Of a DNA stretch of 64,000 nt, positions 16,178 to 29,763 are shown piece by piece. Below the pieces are notes generated by a model, which saw only the letters and a list, made by a program, of their open reading frames with translations, did no database searches and had not been told where the DNA came from. Source of the DNA: Escherichia coli (lineage in GTDB: Bacteria > Pseudomonadota > Gammaproteobacteria > Enterobacterales > Enterobacteriaceae); assembly GCF_003334335.1 (NCBI RefSeq), contig NZ_QOWQ01000003.1, one strand, 5' to 3'. Position numbers and translations under genes: made by a program. How positions within the stretch are numbered: the first letter of the stretch is position 1; each line of letters starts with the position of its first letter.

Positions 16178-16637
16178 TCATGTACGAGCTAAATGTTACT
16201 CCGTTAAAATAAATTAGTAACAAACGCCCTATAACGTACTGAAAATTATGCCTGTGATCTAGCGCCAAAAATCAGTATTTCGGCGTGAACTCGCAAAATA
16301 TTAACGATTCAGCCGTGATAGTGGGATAAACACCTTAGAACGCCGGATAAAGACTGATAATTGTCTTCGACGGTCGGGTAAAACGAGACATCGCCCCGGC
16401 ACGAATCACTACTTAACATTAAATTAACTTATACAATTCAGTTGCTTCAGTAGTAATGATGCTGATACGGCTGTTTTTTAAGCATAGACGGTCATTTGAG
16501 CAGGATTAAAATTGGCTTAAGGAATGTGATATGAAAAATGACGCAGACAGTTACACCGTTTAAATGCAATAATCAGCCACGTTTCTCGTTAATAACAATA
16601 CCAGTACCTGGTTTGCGCAAGGCGAAGGATTATTTTT

Positions 16638-17582
16638 ATGAAGCTTAAGAACACCCTCCTGGCGTCGGCACTGCTTTCTGCTACGGCATTCTCCGTTAAC
16701 GCAGCAACAGAACTGACACCGGAGCAAGCGGCAGCGGTTAAACCTTTTGACCGTGTAGTGGTTACCGGTCGTTTTAATGCTATTGGCGAAGCGGTGAAAG
16801 CCGTTTCTCGTCGCGCAGATAAAGAAGGTGCCGCCTCTTTTTATGTTGTCGACACTTCTGATTTTGGTAACAGCGGTAACTGGCGTGTGGTCGCTGACCT
16901 CTATAAAGCCGATGCTGAAAAAGCAGAAGAAACAAGTAATCGCGTAATTAACGGTGTTGTCGAACTGCCGAAAGATCAGGCTGTTCTGATTGAACCGTTT
17001 GACACGGTCACCGTCCAGGGCTTCTATCGTAGCCAGCCAGAAGTCAATGATGCCATCACCAAAGCGGCAAAAGCGAAAGGTGCCTACTCTTTCTACATCG
17101 TTCGTCAAATCGATGCCAACCAGGGCGGCAACCAGCGTATTACTGCATTCATCTATAAAAAAGATGCTAAGAAACGTATCGTCCAGAGCCCGGATGTGAT
17201 CCCGGCAGATTCCGAAGCAGGACGTGCAGCTCTGGCTGCCGGTGGCGAAGCCGCGAAGAAAGTTGAGATCCCGGGTGTTGCGACTACCGCATCACCAAGT
17301 TCTGAAGTCGGTCGCTTCTTTGAAACCCAGTCATCAAAAGGCGGGCGTTACACCGTCACGCTCCCGGATGGCACTAAAGTCGAAGAACTGAACAAAGCGA
17401 CCGCAGCGATGATGGTCCCGTTCGACAGCATCAAATTCTCTGGCAACTACGGCAACATGACCGAAGTCTCCTATCAGGTTGCGAAACGTGCCGCGAAGAA
17501 AGGTGCTAAGTATTACCACATCACCCGCCAGTGGCAGGAACGTGGTAATAACCTGACCGTCAGCGCAGATCTGTATAAATAA
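16638..17582 (+). CDS. ydgH: Periplasmic protein YdgH (three DUF1471 repeats).
   Basis: 314 aa with a signal peptide. Matches K-12 YdgH. Confidence 0.93.
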   Translation: MKLKNTLLASALLSATAFSVNAATELTPEQAAAVKPFDRVVVTGRFNAIGEAVKAVSRRADKEGAASFYVVDTSDFGNSGNWRVVADLYKADAEKAEETSNRVINGVVELPKDQAVLIEPFDTVTVQGFYRSQPEVNDAITKAAKAKGAYSFYIVRQIDANQGGNQRITAFIYKKDAKKRIVQSPDVIPADSEAGRAALAAGGEAAKKVEIPGVATTASPSSEVGRFFETQSSKGGRYTVTLPDGTKVEELNKATAAMMVPFDSIKFSGNYGNMTEVSYQVAKRAAKKGAKYYHITRQWQERGNNLTVSADLYK

Positions 17583-17600
17583 CTATTCAGTTACTCCTAT

Positions 17601-17630
17601 AAGGCGGCTTGATGCCGCCTTTCGCATTTT
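17601..17630 (+). terminator. ydgH terminator hairpin.
   Basis: AAGGCGGC-ttgat-GCCGCCTT followed by TCGCATTTTT. Confidence 0.6.
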
Positions 17631-17767
17631 TAGTCACAAATTTCCCCGCGACCATTGCATGCAGACACATCTCTTCGTAAAATCCCGCGCTTCAGTGGCA
17701 AACTCCATTTTTATGCGTTTTGCCCTAATATTTATTCTTCTTATCACGTTTTAATCACTGGATATCG

Positions 17768-19150
17768 ATGGAAAAGAAACTGGGACTGAGCGCACTCACC
17801 GCGCTGGTATTAAGCTCAATGCTGGGCGCGGGTGTTTTCAGTCTGCCGCAAAATATGGCGGCAGTTGCCAGCCCGGCAGCACTGCTCATCGGCTGGGGTA
17901 TTACTGGCGCTGGCATTTTATTGCTGGCCTTTGCCATGCTGATCCTCACGCGCATTCGTCCCGAACTTGACGGCGGTATCTTTACCTATGCCCGCGAAGG
18001 GTTTGGCGAGCTAATCGGCTTTTGTTCCGCATGGGGATACTGGCTGTGCGCAGTCATCGCCAACGTCTCCTATCTGGTGATCGTTTTTTCCGCGTTAAGC
18101 TTTTTTACGGACACGCCGGAATTGCGCCTGTTTGGCGATGGTAATACCTGGCAATCGATAGTCGGTGCATCGGCTTTATTGTGGATTGTTCACTTTTTGA
18201 TCCTGCGCGGGGTGCAAACCGCTGCCAGCATTAACCTGGTGGCGACACTGGCAAAATTGTTGCCGCTGGGTCTGTTTGTTGTGCTGGCGATGATGATGTT
18301 CAAACTGGATACCTTCAAGCTCGACTTCACCGGACTTGCACTTGGCGTACCCGTTTGGGAACAGGTGAAAAACACCATGCTGATCACCCTGTGGGTTTTC
18401 ATTGGTGTGGAAGGTGCCGTGGTTGTTTCTGCGCGTGCGCGTAATAAACGTGATGTTGGCAAAGCGACACTGCTGGCGGTTCTCTCCGCTCTGGGCGTTT
18501 ACTTGCTGGTAACGCTGCTTTCGCTGGGTGTGGTGGCACGTCCTGAACTGGCTGAAATTCGTAACCCGTCAATGGCCGGTCTGATGGTGGAAATGATGGG
18601 ACCATGGGGCGAAATCATCATCGCTGCCGGTTTGATCGTTTCCGTTTGCGGCGCGTACTTAAGCTGGACCATCATGGCAGCAGAAGTACCGTTCCTGGCC
18701 GCCACTCATAAAGCATTCCCGCGCATTTTTGCGCGCCAGAACGCACAAGCTGCGCCATCCGCCTCACTGTGGTTGACCAACATCTGCGTGCAAATTTGTC
18801 TGGTACTCATCTGGCTGACCGGTTCCGATTACAACACGTTGCTGACCATCGCCTCAGAAATGATTCTGGTGCCCTATTTCCTGGTCGGCGCGTTCTTGCT
18901 GAAAATCGCAACCCGTCCACTGCATAAAGCGGTAGGTGTCGGTGCCTGCATTTATGGCTTATGGTTATTGTACGCCTCTGGTCCAATGCACTTGCTGTTA
19001 TCCGTTGTTCTGTATGCACCGGGGCTGCTGGTTTTCCTGTACGCGCGCAAAACGCATACCCATGATAATGTACTGAACCGTCAGGAAATGGTGCTGATTG
19101 GCATGCTGTTAATTGCCTCAGTTCCGGCGACCTGGATGCTGGTGGGATAA
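17768..19150 (+). CDS. ydgI: Putative arginine:ornithine antiporter (APC family).
   Basis: 460 aa polytopic membrane protein. Matches K-12 YdgI (ArcD-like). Confidence 0.93.
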   Translation: MEKKLGLSALTALVLSSMLGAGVFSLPQNMAAVASPAALLIGWGITGAGILLLAFAMLILTRIRPELDGGIFTYAREGFGELIGFCSAWGYWLCAVIANVSYLVIVFSALSFFTDTPELRLFGDGNTWQSIVGASALLWIVHFLILRGVQTAASINLVATLAKLLPLGLFVVLAMMMFKLDTFKLDFTGLALGVPVWEQVKNTMLITLWVFIGVEGAVVVSARARNKRDVGKATLLAVLSALGVYLLVTLLSLGVVARPELAEIRNPSMAGLMVEMMGPWGEIIIAAGLIVSVCGAYLSWTIMAAEVPFLAATHKAFPRIFARQNAQAAPSASLWLTNICVQICLVLIWLTGSDYNTLLTIASEMILVPYFLVGAFLLKIATRPLHKAVGVGACIYGLWLLYASGPMHLLLSVVLYAPGLLVFLYARKTHTHDNVLNRQEMVLIGMLLIASVPATWMLVG

Positions 19151-19186
19151 CGTTCATCCCATCGTTGGATAGCAAAGGAGATAACG

Positions 19187-19909
19187 ATGGGTAAAACCCA
19201 GCCCTTGCCAATATTAATTACTGGCGGAGGTCGTCGCATCGGCCTCGCCCTCGCATGGCATTTCATTAATCAAAAGCAACCGGTGATTGTCAGCTATCGG
19301 ACACACTATCCAGCCATTGATGGACTGATTAATGCAGGTGCGCAGTGTATTCAGGCTGATTTTTCGACCAACGACGGTGTGATGGCGTTTGCCGATGAAG
19401 TACTAAAAAGCACCCATGGTCTGCGTGCTATTTTGCATAACGCCAGTGCGTGGATGGCGGAAAAACCGGGTGCGCCACTGGCCGACGTACTGGCTTGCAT
19501 GATGCAGATCCACGTTAATACCCCATACCTGCTCAACCATGCGCTGGAAAGATTACTGCGTGGGCACGGACACGCCGCCAGCGATATCATTCACTTTACC
19601 GATTATGTGGTGGAGCGCGGTAGCGACAAACATATTGCGTATGCTGCAAGCAAAGCGGCACTGGATAATATGACCCGCTCGTTTGCCCGCAAGCTGGCAC
19701 CGGAAGTGAAAGTGAATTCTATTGCGCCATCGCTGATCCTGTTTAATGAACATGATGATGCCGAATATCGACAACAGGCGCTGAATAAATCACTGATGAA
19801 AACCGCGCCTGGCGAGAAAGAAGTGATCGACCTGGTCGATTACTTACTTACCAGTTGCTTTGTCACCGGACGCAGTTTCCCACTTGATGGCGGTCGTCAT
19901 CTGCGTTAA
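19187..19909 (+). CDS. folM: Dihydromonapterin reductase / dihydrofolate reductase FolM (SDR family).
   Basis: 240 aa. Matches K-12 FolM (YdgB). Confidence 0.93.
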   Translation: MGKTQPLPILITGGGRRIGLALAWHFINQKQPVIVSYRTHYPAIDGLINAGAQCIQADFSTNDGVMAFADEVLKSTHGLRAILHNASAWMAEKPGAPLADVLACMMQIHVNTPYLLNHALERLLRGHGHAASDIIHFTDYVVERGSDKHIAYAASKAALDNMTRSFARKLAPEVKVNSIAPSLILFNEHDDAEYRQQALNKSLMKTAPGEKEVIDLVDYLLTSCFVTGRSFPLDGGRHLR

Positions 19910-20241
19910 TGCAGCTTTATCCAGCATATAATCAACACCCATGCGCTTATCCCCCAACACGCAACAGAACCAACAAAAGCGGCGGGCAAGCGCATCATTC
20001 CGGTGAAATACCACAGCGACACCAGGTAAACAAAATAGGGAATAATCGACCACATACTAAAAATGATGGTTGCGCGTAAGGCTTCAATGCCGCGTTCGCT
20101 GGCAACAATATAATGCGCGATAAGCGCAAAGGTCGGGAAAAGTGGAATCAGCCCGGCGATATAATAATTTTTCGTTTTTGCTAAAACACCAATCAACAGC
20201 ACTACCAGCGCACCGAGCGCGGCTTTGATTACCAGCCCCAT
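19906..20241 (-). CDS. ydgC: Inner membrane protein YdgC (GlpM family).
   Basis: 111 aa hydrophobic protein. Matches K-12 YdgC. Confidence 0.9.
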   Translation of the reverse strand: MGLVIKAALGALVVLLIGVLAKTKNYYIAGLIPLFPTFALIAHYIVASERGIEALRATIIFSMWSIIPYFVYLVSLWYFTGMMRLPAAFVGSVACWGISAWVLIICWIKLH

Positions 20242-20296
20242 CTTTTTACCTTAACACTTCCATAACAAGTCATCAGTAGAATACCTGATGAAAACT

Positions 20297-20313
20297 TGTT
20301 TAGAAACGATTGA
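20297..20313 (+). promoter_or_regulatory. PhoP-box-like direct repeat upstream of rstA.
   Basis: TGTTTA-gaaac-GATTGA fits the (T/G)GTTTA-N5-(T/G)GTTTA PhoP box. rstA is a known PhoP-activated gene. Confidence 0.55.
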
Positions 20314-20369
20314 TAGTAAGTAAAAACAGCGCGGTGTATTGTGACGTTTTTATATCTACCGTGAATGTT

Positions 20370-21089
20370 ATGAACACTATCGTATTTGTGGAAGATGATG
20401 CGGAAGTCGGTTCACTGATTGCCGCGTACCTGGCAAAACATGATATGCAGGTTACCGTAGAGCCGCGCGGCGACCAGGCCGAAGAAACCATTTTGCGAGA
20501 AAATCCGGATTTGGTGTTACTCGACATCATGCTACCAGGCAAGGACGGCATGACCATTTGTCGTGATTTACGCGCAAAGTGGTCTGGACCGATTGTTCTT
20601 CTAACCTCTCTCGATAGCGATATGAACCACATCCTGGCACTGGAAATGGGTGCCTGCGACTATATTCTCAAAACGACGCCCCCTGCTGTTTTGCTAGCGC
20701 GTTTACGTTTGCATTTGCGTCAGAATGAGCAAGCCACACTGACCAAAGGTCTTCAGGAAACGTCTCTGACTCCCTACAAAGCCCTGCATTTCGGCACGTT
20801 GACCATCGATCCCATCAACCGCGTAGTCACCCTGGCTAACACTGAAATCTCGCTCTCGACAGCTGATTTCGAATTATTGTGGGAATTAGCTACCCATGCC
20901 GGGCAAATCATGGACCGCGATGCATTGCTGAAAAATTTACGCGGCGTCAGTTATGACGGACTGGATCGTAGCGTGGACGTGGCTATTTCGCGGTTAAGAA
21001 AAAAACTGCTCGATAACGCCGCAGAACCTTATCGCATTAAAACTGTGCGTAACAAAGGCTATCTTTTTGCGCCTCATGCATGGGAATAA
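20370..21089 (+). CDS. rstA: Response regulator RstA (OmpR family).
   Basis: The known start MNTIVFVEDD is at 20370 and the track ORF begins earlier. Matches K-12 RstA. Confidence 0.95.
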   Translation: MNTIVFVEDDAEVGSLIAAYLAKHDMQVTVEPRGDQAEETILRENPDLVLLDIMLPGKDGMTICRDLRAKWSGPIVLLTSLDSDMNHILALEMGACDYILKTTPPAVLLARLRLHLRQNEQATLTKGLQETSLTPYKALHFGTLTIDPINRVVTLANTEISLSTADFELLWELATHAGQIMDRDALLKNLRGVSYDGLDRSVDVAISRLRKKLLDNAAEPYRIKTVRNKGYLFAPHAWE

Positions 21090-21092
21090 GCG

Positions 21093-22394
21093 ATGAAAAA
21101 ACTGTTTATCCAGTTTTACCTGTTATTGTTTGTCTGCTTCCTTGTGATGTCTCTGCTGGTTGGGCTGGTGTACAAATTTACCGCCGAACGCGCGGGCAAA
21201 CAGTCGCTGGATGATTTGATGAACAGTTCGCTGTATCTGATGCGCAGCGAATTGCGTGAGATCCCCCCACACGACTGGGGTAAAACTCTGAAAGAGATGG
21301 ATTTAAATCTCTCTTTCGATCTGCGTGTCGAGCCACTGAGTAAATACCATCTTGATGATATTTCCATGCACCGACTGCGTGGCGGCGAAATTGTCGCCCT
21401 GGACGATCAGTACACGTTTTTGCAGCGTATCCCGCGCAGCCACTACGTGCTGGCAGTTGGTCCTGTTCCTTATCTTTATTATCTCCATCAGATGCGATTG
21501 CTGGATATCGCCCTGATCGCTTTTATTGCTATTTCCCTCGCCTTTCCGGTGTTTATCTGGATGCGTCCGCACTGGCAGGATATGTTAAAACTGGAAGCAG
21601 CGGCGCAACGATTTGGCGATGGGCATCTCAATGAACGTATCCACTTTGATGAGGGTTCGAGCTTTGAACGACTTGGCGTCGCATTTAACCAGATGGCGGA
21701 CAATATCAACGCCTTAATTGCCAGCAAAAAACAGCTTATTGACGGTATCGCTCACGAACTGCGAACACCGTTAGTGCGCCTGCGTTATCGACTGGAGATG
21801 AGCGATAACCTGAGCGCCGCCGAATCCCAGGCGTTGAATCGTGATATCAGTCAACTTGAAGCTTTAATTGAAGAGCTGCTGACTTATGCCCGACTCGATC
21901 GCCCACAAAACGAGCTTCATCTTAGCGAACCAGACCTGCCGTTGTGGCTGTCAACGCATCTGGCAGATATTCAGGCAGTAACGCCCGATAAAACGGTACG
22001 GATAAAAACGCTCGTGCAAGGCCATTATGCGGCGTTGGATATGCGCTTAATGGAGCGCGTGCTGGATAATTTGCTCAATAACGCCCTGCGGTACTGCCAT
22101 TCAACGGTTGAAACCAGCCTGCTACTGTCGGGGAATAGAGCGACATTAATTGTTGAGGATGATGGCCCAGGGATTGCCCCAGAAAACCGCGAACATATCT
22201 TTGAACCTTTTGTTCGCCTCGATCCCAGCCGGGATCGCTCAACCGGCGGCTGCGGGCTGGGGCTGGCAATTGTCCACTCTATAGCACTGGCAATGGGCGG
22301 TACGGTTAATTGTGACACCAGCGAACTGGGTGGTGCCCGCTTCTCGTTTAGCTGGCCGTTATGGCATAACATCCCGCAATTTACCTCTGCCTGA
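21093..22394 (+). CDS. rstB: Sensor histidine kinase RstB.
   Basis: 433 aa with an H-box (IAHELRTPL) and HATPase motifs. Matches K-12 RstB. Confidence 0.95.
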   Translation: MKKLFIQFYLLLFVCFLVMSLLVGLVYKFTAERAGKQSLDDLMNSSLYLMRSELREIPPHDWGKTLKEMDLNLSFDLRVEPLSKYHLDDISMHRLRGGEIVALDDQYTFLQRIPRSHYVLAVGPVPYLYYLHQMRLLDIALIAFIAISLAFPVFIWMRPHWQDMLKLEAAAQRFGDGHLNERIHFDEGSSFERLGVAFNQMADNINALIASKKQLIDGIAHELRTPLVRLRYRLEMSDNLSAAESQALNRDISQLEALIEELLTYARLDRPQNELHLSEPDLPLWLSTHLADIQAVTPDKTVRIKTLVQGHYAALDMRLMERVLDNLLNNALRYCHSTVETSLLLSGNRATLIVEDDGPGIAPENREHIFEPFVRLDPSRDRSTGGCGLGLAIVHSIALAMGGTVNCDTSELGGARFSFSWPLWHNIPQFTSA

Positions 22395-22436
22395 CACTAC
22401 GCGCACGATGGTCAAGTCACCACGACTGTGCTATAA

Positions 22437-24799
<2,363 letters not shown>

Positions 24800-24912
24800 G
24801 ACCTGCTCCTCACCTGATTAATTTTTTCTTTCTGTTTTGCTTTCGTTAAGCAACTTTTAGCTCACTTATTATTTACCATTTGATAACAAATGTTTGGTCT
24901 TTCGTGCCATGT

Positions 24913-24935
24913 AAAAAAACCGCCCCGAAGGGCGG
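24913..24935 (-). terminator. fumA terminator.
   Basis: Minus strand: CCGCCC-ttcg-GGGCGG followed by TTTTTTT. Confidence 0.8.
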
Positions 24936-24941
24936 CTCTGT

Positions 24942-26588
24942 TTATTTCACACAGCGGGTGCATTGTGTGAGTTGTATCTGCTGGAAGAAGTCATTTCCTT
25001 TATCATCCACAAGGATAAACGCCGGGAAATCTTCCACTTCAATTTTCCAGATGGCTTCCATTCCCAGTTCCGGATATTCAACACATTCCAGGCTCTTAAT
25101 ACTTCCCTGCGCCAATACAGCGGCCGGACCACCGATACTGCCAAGGTAGAAGCCGCCGTGTTTTTTACAGGCATCCGTCACCTGCTGGCTGCGGTTGCCT
25201 TTCGCCAGCATGATCATACTTCCGCCCTGCGCTTGCAGTTGATCGACATAAGAATCCATCCGTCCGGCGGTCGTTGGGCCAAGAGAACCGGAGGCATAAC
25301 CTTCCGGCGTTTTGGCCGGACCCGCGTAGTAAATCGGATGATCTTTGATGTACTGCGGCAGCCCTTCACCGTTATCCATCCGCTCTTTCAGTTTGGCGTG
25401 AGCAATATCACGACCGACGATAATCGTGCCGTTAAGCGATAAGCGTGTAGAAACGGGATACTGCGACAACTGTGCGAGGATCTCTTTCATCGGACGGTTA
25501 AGGTCAACGCGCACCGCTTCGCCTTCTCCCGCTTTGCGCAGCTCTTCCGGGATATATTTGCCTGGATTATGTTCCAGTTTTTCGATCCAGATCCCCTGAC
25601 GGTTGATCTTCGCTTTGATATTACGGTCAGCAGAGCAGGAGACGCCCATACCGACCGGGCAGGATGCGCCGTGACGTGGCAGGCGAATCACGCGGATGTC
25701 GTGAGCGAAGTATTTACCACCAAACTGCGCACCCAGACCAAGATTTTGCGCTTCGATCAGCAATTCTTTTTCCAGTTCCACATCGCGGAACGCCTGACCG
25801 TGCTCATTCCCTTCCGTTGGCAGTTCATCATAGTATTTCGCGGAAGCCAGTTTCACCGTTTTAAGGTTCGTTTCTGCAGAAGTTCCACCAATAACGAACG
25901 CAATATGATACGGAGGACAGGCCGCCGTACCCAGCGTGCGCATCTTCTCAACCAGGTAATTTTTCAGTTTCCCCGGCGTCAGTAACGCTTTGGTTTCCTG
26001 ATAGAGATACGTCTTGTTTGCCGAACCACCACCTTTGGCGATACAGAGGAATTTGTATTCGTCGCCATCAACGGCATAAAGATCGATCTGCGCTGGCAGA
26101 TTGGTGCCGGTATTCACTTCTTTATACATATCCAGCGGCGCGTTTTGCGAGTAGCGCAGATTATCTTCGATATAAGTGTTATAGACACCGCGCGCCAGCG
26201 CCGCTTCATCACCACCACCGGTCCATACACGCTGCCCTTTTTTACCAACAATAATCGCGGTGCCGGTATCCTGACAGGTTGGCAGAACGCCTTTCGCCGC
26301 GATGTCGGAGTTACGCAGGAATTGCAGCGCCACATATTTATCATTTTCGCTGGCCTCCGGGTCACGCAGAATGTCGGCCACCTGTTGTTGGTGCGCCGGA
26401 CGCAGCATGAACGACGCATCATGAAACGCCTGGCGCGCCAACAGAGTTAACGCTTCGAGTGCGACTTTCAAAATCTCCTGCCCTTCAAATTCAGATACGC
26501 TAACGTGTTCGCTGGTTAGCAGGTAATACTCAGTATCATCTTTTTTGAGTGGAAAAGGAGCCTGATAATGAAAGGGTTTGTTTGACAT
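24942..26588 (-). CDS. fumA: Fumarate hydratase class I, aerobic.
   Basis: 548 aa. Matches K-12 FumA. Confidence 0.96.
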   Translation of the reverse strand: MSNKPFHYQAPFPLKKDDTEYYLLTSEHVSVSEFEGQEILKVALEALTLLARQAFHDASFMLRPAHQQQVADILRDPEASENDKYVALQFLRNSDIAAKGVLPTCQDTGTAIIVGKKGQRVWTGGGDEAALARGVYNTYIEDNLRYSQNAPLDMYKEVNTGTNLPAQIDLYAVDGDEYKFLCIAKGGGSANKTYLYQETKALLTPGKLKNYLVEKMRTLGTAACPPYHIAFVIGGTSAETNLKTVKLASAKYYDELPTEGNEHGQAFRDVELEKELLIEAQNLGLGAQFGGKYFAHDIRVIRLPRHGASCPVGMGVSCSADRNIKAKINRQGIWIEKLEHNPGKYIPEELRKAGEGEAVRVDLNRPMKEILAQLSQYPVSTRLSLNGTIIVGRDIAHAKLKERMDNGEGLPQYIKDHPIYYAGPAKTPEGYASGSLGPTTAGRMDSYVDQLQAQGGSMIMLAKGNRSQQVTDACKKHGGFYLGSIGGPAAVLAQGSIKSLECVEYPELGMEAIWKIEVEDFPAFILVDDKGNDFFQQIQLTQCTRCVK

Positions 26589-26786
26589 TGTTCTCTCACT
26601 TACTGCCTGGTTTGGTTATGCTCTGGGCGGGTGTTCCGTTGCCCTGTTAAAAGCGAGTAACAATATCCTACACACTTTTTTAACAAAAACTGAGACTAGT
26701 ACGACTTTTTGCGGCTCCAGGTTACTTCCCGTAGGATTCTTGCTTTAATAGTGGGATTAATTTCCACATTAAAACAGGGATTGATC

Positions 26787-27962
26787 ATGCAAAAACTCAT
26801 TAACTCAGTGCAAAACTATGCCTGGGGCAGCAAAACGGCGTTGACTGAACTTTATGGTATGGAAAATCCGTCCAGCCAGCCGATGGCCGAGCTGTGGATG
26901 GGCGCACATCCGAAAAGCAGTTCACGAGTGCAGAATGCCGCCGGAGATATCGTTTCACTGCGTGATGTGATTGAGAGTGATAAATCGACTCTGCTCGGAG
27001 AGGCCGTTGCCAAACGCTTTGGCGAACTGCCTTTCCTGTTCAAAGTATTATGCGCAGCACAGCCACTCTCCATTCAGGTTCATCCAAACAAACACAATTC
27101 TGAAATCGGTTTTGCCAAAGAAAATGCCGCAGGTATCCCGATGGATGCCGCCGAGCGTAACTATAAAGATCCTAACCACAAGCCGGAGCTGGTTTTTGCG
27201 CTGACGCCTTTCCTTGCGATGAACGCGTTTCGTGAATTTTCCGAGATTGTCTCCCTACTCCAGCCGGTCGCAGGTGCACATCCGGCGATTGCTCACTTTT
27301 TACAACAGCCTGATGCCGAACGTTTAAGCGAACTGTTCGCCAGCCTGTTGAATATGCAGGGTGAAGAAAAATCCCGCGCGCTGGCGATTTTAAAATCGGC
27401 CCTCGATAGCCAGCAGGGTGAACCGTGGCAAACGATTCGTTTAATTTCTGAATTTTACCCGGAAGACAGCGGTCTGTTCTCCCCGCTATTGCTGAATGTG
27501 GTGAAATTGAACCCTGGCGAAGCGATGTTCCTGTTCGCTGAAACACCGCACGCTTACCTGCAAGGCGTGGCGCTGGAAGTGATGGCAAACTCCGATAACG
27601 TGCTGCGTGCGGGTCTGACGCCTAAATACATTGATATTCCGGAACTGGTTGCCAATGTGAAATTCGAAGCCAAACCGGCTAACCAGTTGTTGACCCAGCC
27701 GGTGAAACAAGGTGCAGAACTGGACTTCCCGATTCCAGTGGATGATTTTGCCTTCTCGCTGCATGACCTTAGTGATAAAGAAACCACCATTAGCCAGCAG
27801 AGTGCCGCCATTTTGTTCTGCGTCGAAGGCGATGCAACGTTGTGGAAAGGTTCTCAGCAGTTACAGCTTAAACCGGGTGAATCAGCGTTTATTGCCGCCA
27901 ACGAATCACCGGTGACTGTCAAAGGCCACGGCCGTTTAGCGCGTGTTTACAACAAGCTGTAA
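26787..27962 (+). CDS. manA: Mannose-6-phosphate isomerase.
   Basis: The known start MQKLINSVQNYAWGS is at 26787 (391 aa). The track ORF begins 26 codons upstream. Confidence 0.96.
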   Translation: MQKLINSVQNYAWGSKTALTELYGMENPSSQPMAELWMGAHPKSSSRVQNAAGDIVSLRDVIESDKSTLLGEAVAKRFGELPFLFKVLCAAQPLSIQVHPNKHNSEIGFAKENAAGIPMDAAERNYKDPNHKPELVFALTPFLAMNAFREFSEIVSLLQPVAGAHPAIAHFLQQPDAERLSELFASLLNMQGEEKSRALAILKSALDSQQGEPWQTIRLISEFYPEDSGLFSPLLLNVVKLNPGEAMFLFAETPHAYLQGVALEVMANSDNVLRAGLTPKYIDIPELVANVKFEAKPANQLLTQPVKQGAELDFPIPVDDFAFSLHDLSDKETTISQQSAAILFCVEGDATLWKGSQQLQLKPGESAFIAANESPVTVKGHGRLARVYNKL

Positions 27963-28062
27963 GAGCTTACTGAAAAAATTAACATCTCTTGCTAAGCTTA
28001 TTAAAGGCTTATAACACCTTCAGGCGGCCAGTCCGCCTGATTTCATTTTATGGATAATCATT

Positions 28063-29571
28063 ATGAATAAATCGCTGGTAGCGGTAGGCGTCATTGTTGC
28101 GCTAGGCGTAGTCTGGACAGGCGGCGCATGGTATACAGGCAAGAAGATTGAAACCCATCTCGAAGACATGGTCGCGCAGGCGAACGCGCAACTCAAACTG
28201 ACAGCTCCTGAATCCAACCTGGAAGTGAGTTATCAAAACTATCATCGCGGCGTATTCAGCAGCCAGTTGCAACTGTTGGTGAAACCCATTGCCGGGAAAG
28301 AAAATCCGTGGATTAAAAGCGGTCAGAGCGTCATCTTCAACGAATCGGTTGATCATGGTCCCTTCCCGCTTGCCCAGCTTAAAAAACTGAACCTGATCCC
28401 GTCGATGGCATCAATTCAAACCACGCTGGTTAATAACGAAGTAAGCAAACCACTGTTTGATATGGCAAAAGGTGAAACGCCTTTTGAGATTAACTCGCGC
28501 ATTGGTTACAGCGGTGATTCCAGTTCCGATATTTCGCTCAAGCCACTGAATTACGAGCAAAAGGATGAAAAAGTCGCCTTTAGCGGCGGCGAGTTCCAGT
28601 TAAATGCTGACAGAGACGGCAAAGCCATCTCCCTTTCCGGGGAGGCGCAAAGTGGTCGGATAGACGCAGTTAACGAATACAACCAGAAAGTGCAGTTGAC
28701 CTTTAATAATCTGAAAACCGACGGTTCCAGCACGCTGGCAAGTTTTGGTGAGCGTGTAGGAAATCAAAAACTGTCACTGGAAAAAATGACCATTTCAGTG
28801 GAAGGCAAAGAACTGGCACTGCTGGAAGGCATGGAGATCAGCGGTAAATCGGATCTGGTCAATGACGGTAAAACGATCAATAGCCAACTGGATTACTCGC
28901 TAAACAGCCTGAAGGTACAGAATCAGGATCTGGGCAGCGGCAAGCTGACTTTAAAAGTCGGCCAGATTGATGGTGAAGCCTGGCATCAGTTTAGCCAGCA
29001 ATATAACGCGCAAACTCAGGCGCTGCTGGCACAGCCAGAAATTGCCAACAACCCCGAACTTTATCAGGAGAAAGTGACGGAAGCCTTCTTTAGCGCCCTG
29101 CCGCTGATGCTGAAAGGCGATCCGGTGATTACTATCGCGCCGCTAAGCTGGAAAAACAGTCAGGGTGAAAGTGCCCTGAATCTGTCGCTGTTCCTGAAAG
29201 ATCCGGCAACGACTAAAGAAGCGCCGCAAACGCTGGCGCAGGAAGTAGATCGTTCGGTTAAATCTCTGGATGCGAAACTGACCATTCCGGTGGATATGGC
29301 AACTGAGTTTATGACTCAGGTAGCGAAGCTGGAAGGTTATCAGGAAGATCAAGCGAAAAAACTGGCGAAACAGCAAGTTGAAGGTGCATCAGCAATGGGG
29401 CAGATGTTCCGTCTGACCACCTTGCAGGACAATACCATCACCACCAGCCTGCAATATGCTAACGGTCAGATAACGTTAAATGGGCAGAAAATGTCGTTAG
29501 AAGATTTTGTTGGCATGTTTGCGATGCCAGCTCTTAACGTTCCGGCTGTACCGGCAATTCCGCAGCAGTAA
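28063..29571 (+). CDS. ydgA: DUF945 family protein YdgA.
   Basis: 502 aa with an N-terminal membrane anchor. Matches K-12 YdgA. Confidence 0.93.
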   Translation: MNKSLVAVGVIVALGVVWTGGAWYTGKKIETHLEDMVAQANAQLKLTAPESNLEVSYQNYHRGVFSSQLQLLVKPIAGKENPWIKSGQSVIFNESVDHGPFPLAQLKKLNLIPSMASIQTTLVNNEVSKPLFDMAKGETPFEINSRIGYSGDSSSDISLKPLNYEQKDEKVAFSGGEFQLNADRDGKAISLSGEAQSGRIDAVNEYNQKVQLTFNNLKTDGSSTLASFGERVGNQKLSLEKMTISVEGKELALLEGMEISGKSDLVNDGKTINSQLDYSLNSLKVQNQDLGSGKLTLKVGQIDGEAWHQFSQQYNAQTQALLAQPEIANNPELYQEKVTEAFFSALPLMLKGDPVITIAPLSWKNSQGESALNLSLFLKDPATTKEAPQTLAQEVDRSVKSLDAKLTIPVDMATEFMTQVAKLEGYQEDQAKKLAKQQVEGASAMGQMFRLTTLQDNTITTSLQYANGQITLNGQKMSLEDFVGMFAMPALNVPAVPAIPQQ

Positions 29572-29583
29572 TTCACGGCCAAA

Positions 29584-29612
29584 ACGCCGGAGAATTTTCA
29601 CTCCGGCGTTTT
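29584..29612 (+). terminator. ydgA terminator hairpin.
   Basis: ACGCCGGAG-aattttca-CTCCGGCGT followed by TTT. Confidence 0.65.
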
Positions 29613-29635
29613 CATCTGAAAACAAACCAGAGATT

Positions 29636-29732
29636 GCCTGATGCGCTACGCTTATCAGGCCTACCTTTTCCTGCAACACTTTGAATTTATGAGTTTTTGT
29701 AGGCTGGATAAGGCGTTTACGCCGCATCCGGC
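29636..29732. repeat. BIME: two inverted REP elements.
   Basis: GCCTGATGCGCTACGCTTATCAGGCCTAC (29636-29664) and GTAGGCTGGATAAGGCGTTTACGCCGCATCCGGC (29699-29732) are classic E. coli REP sequences in opposite orientation. Confidence 0.85.
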
Positions 29733-29763
29733 ATAAAAAACGCGCACTTTGTCAACAATCTGA

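Noticed and set aside
16560-17108. 182-aa minus-strand ORF.
   Set aside because: Antisense to ydgH, which is conserved and has a signal peptide and repeated DUF1471 domains. The antisense translation has no recognisable features.
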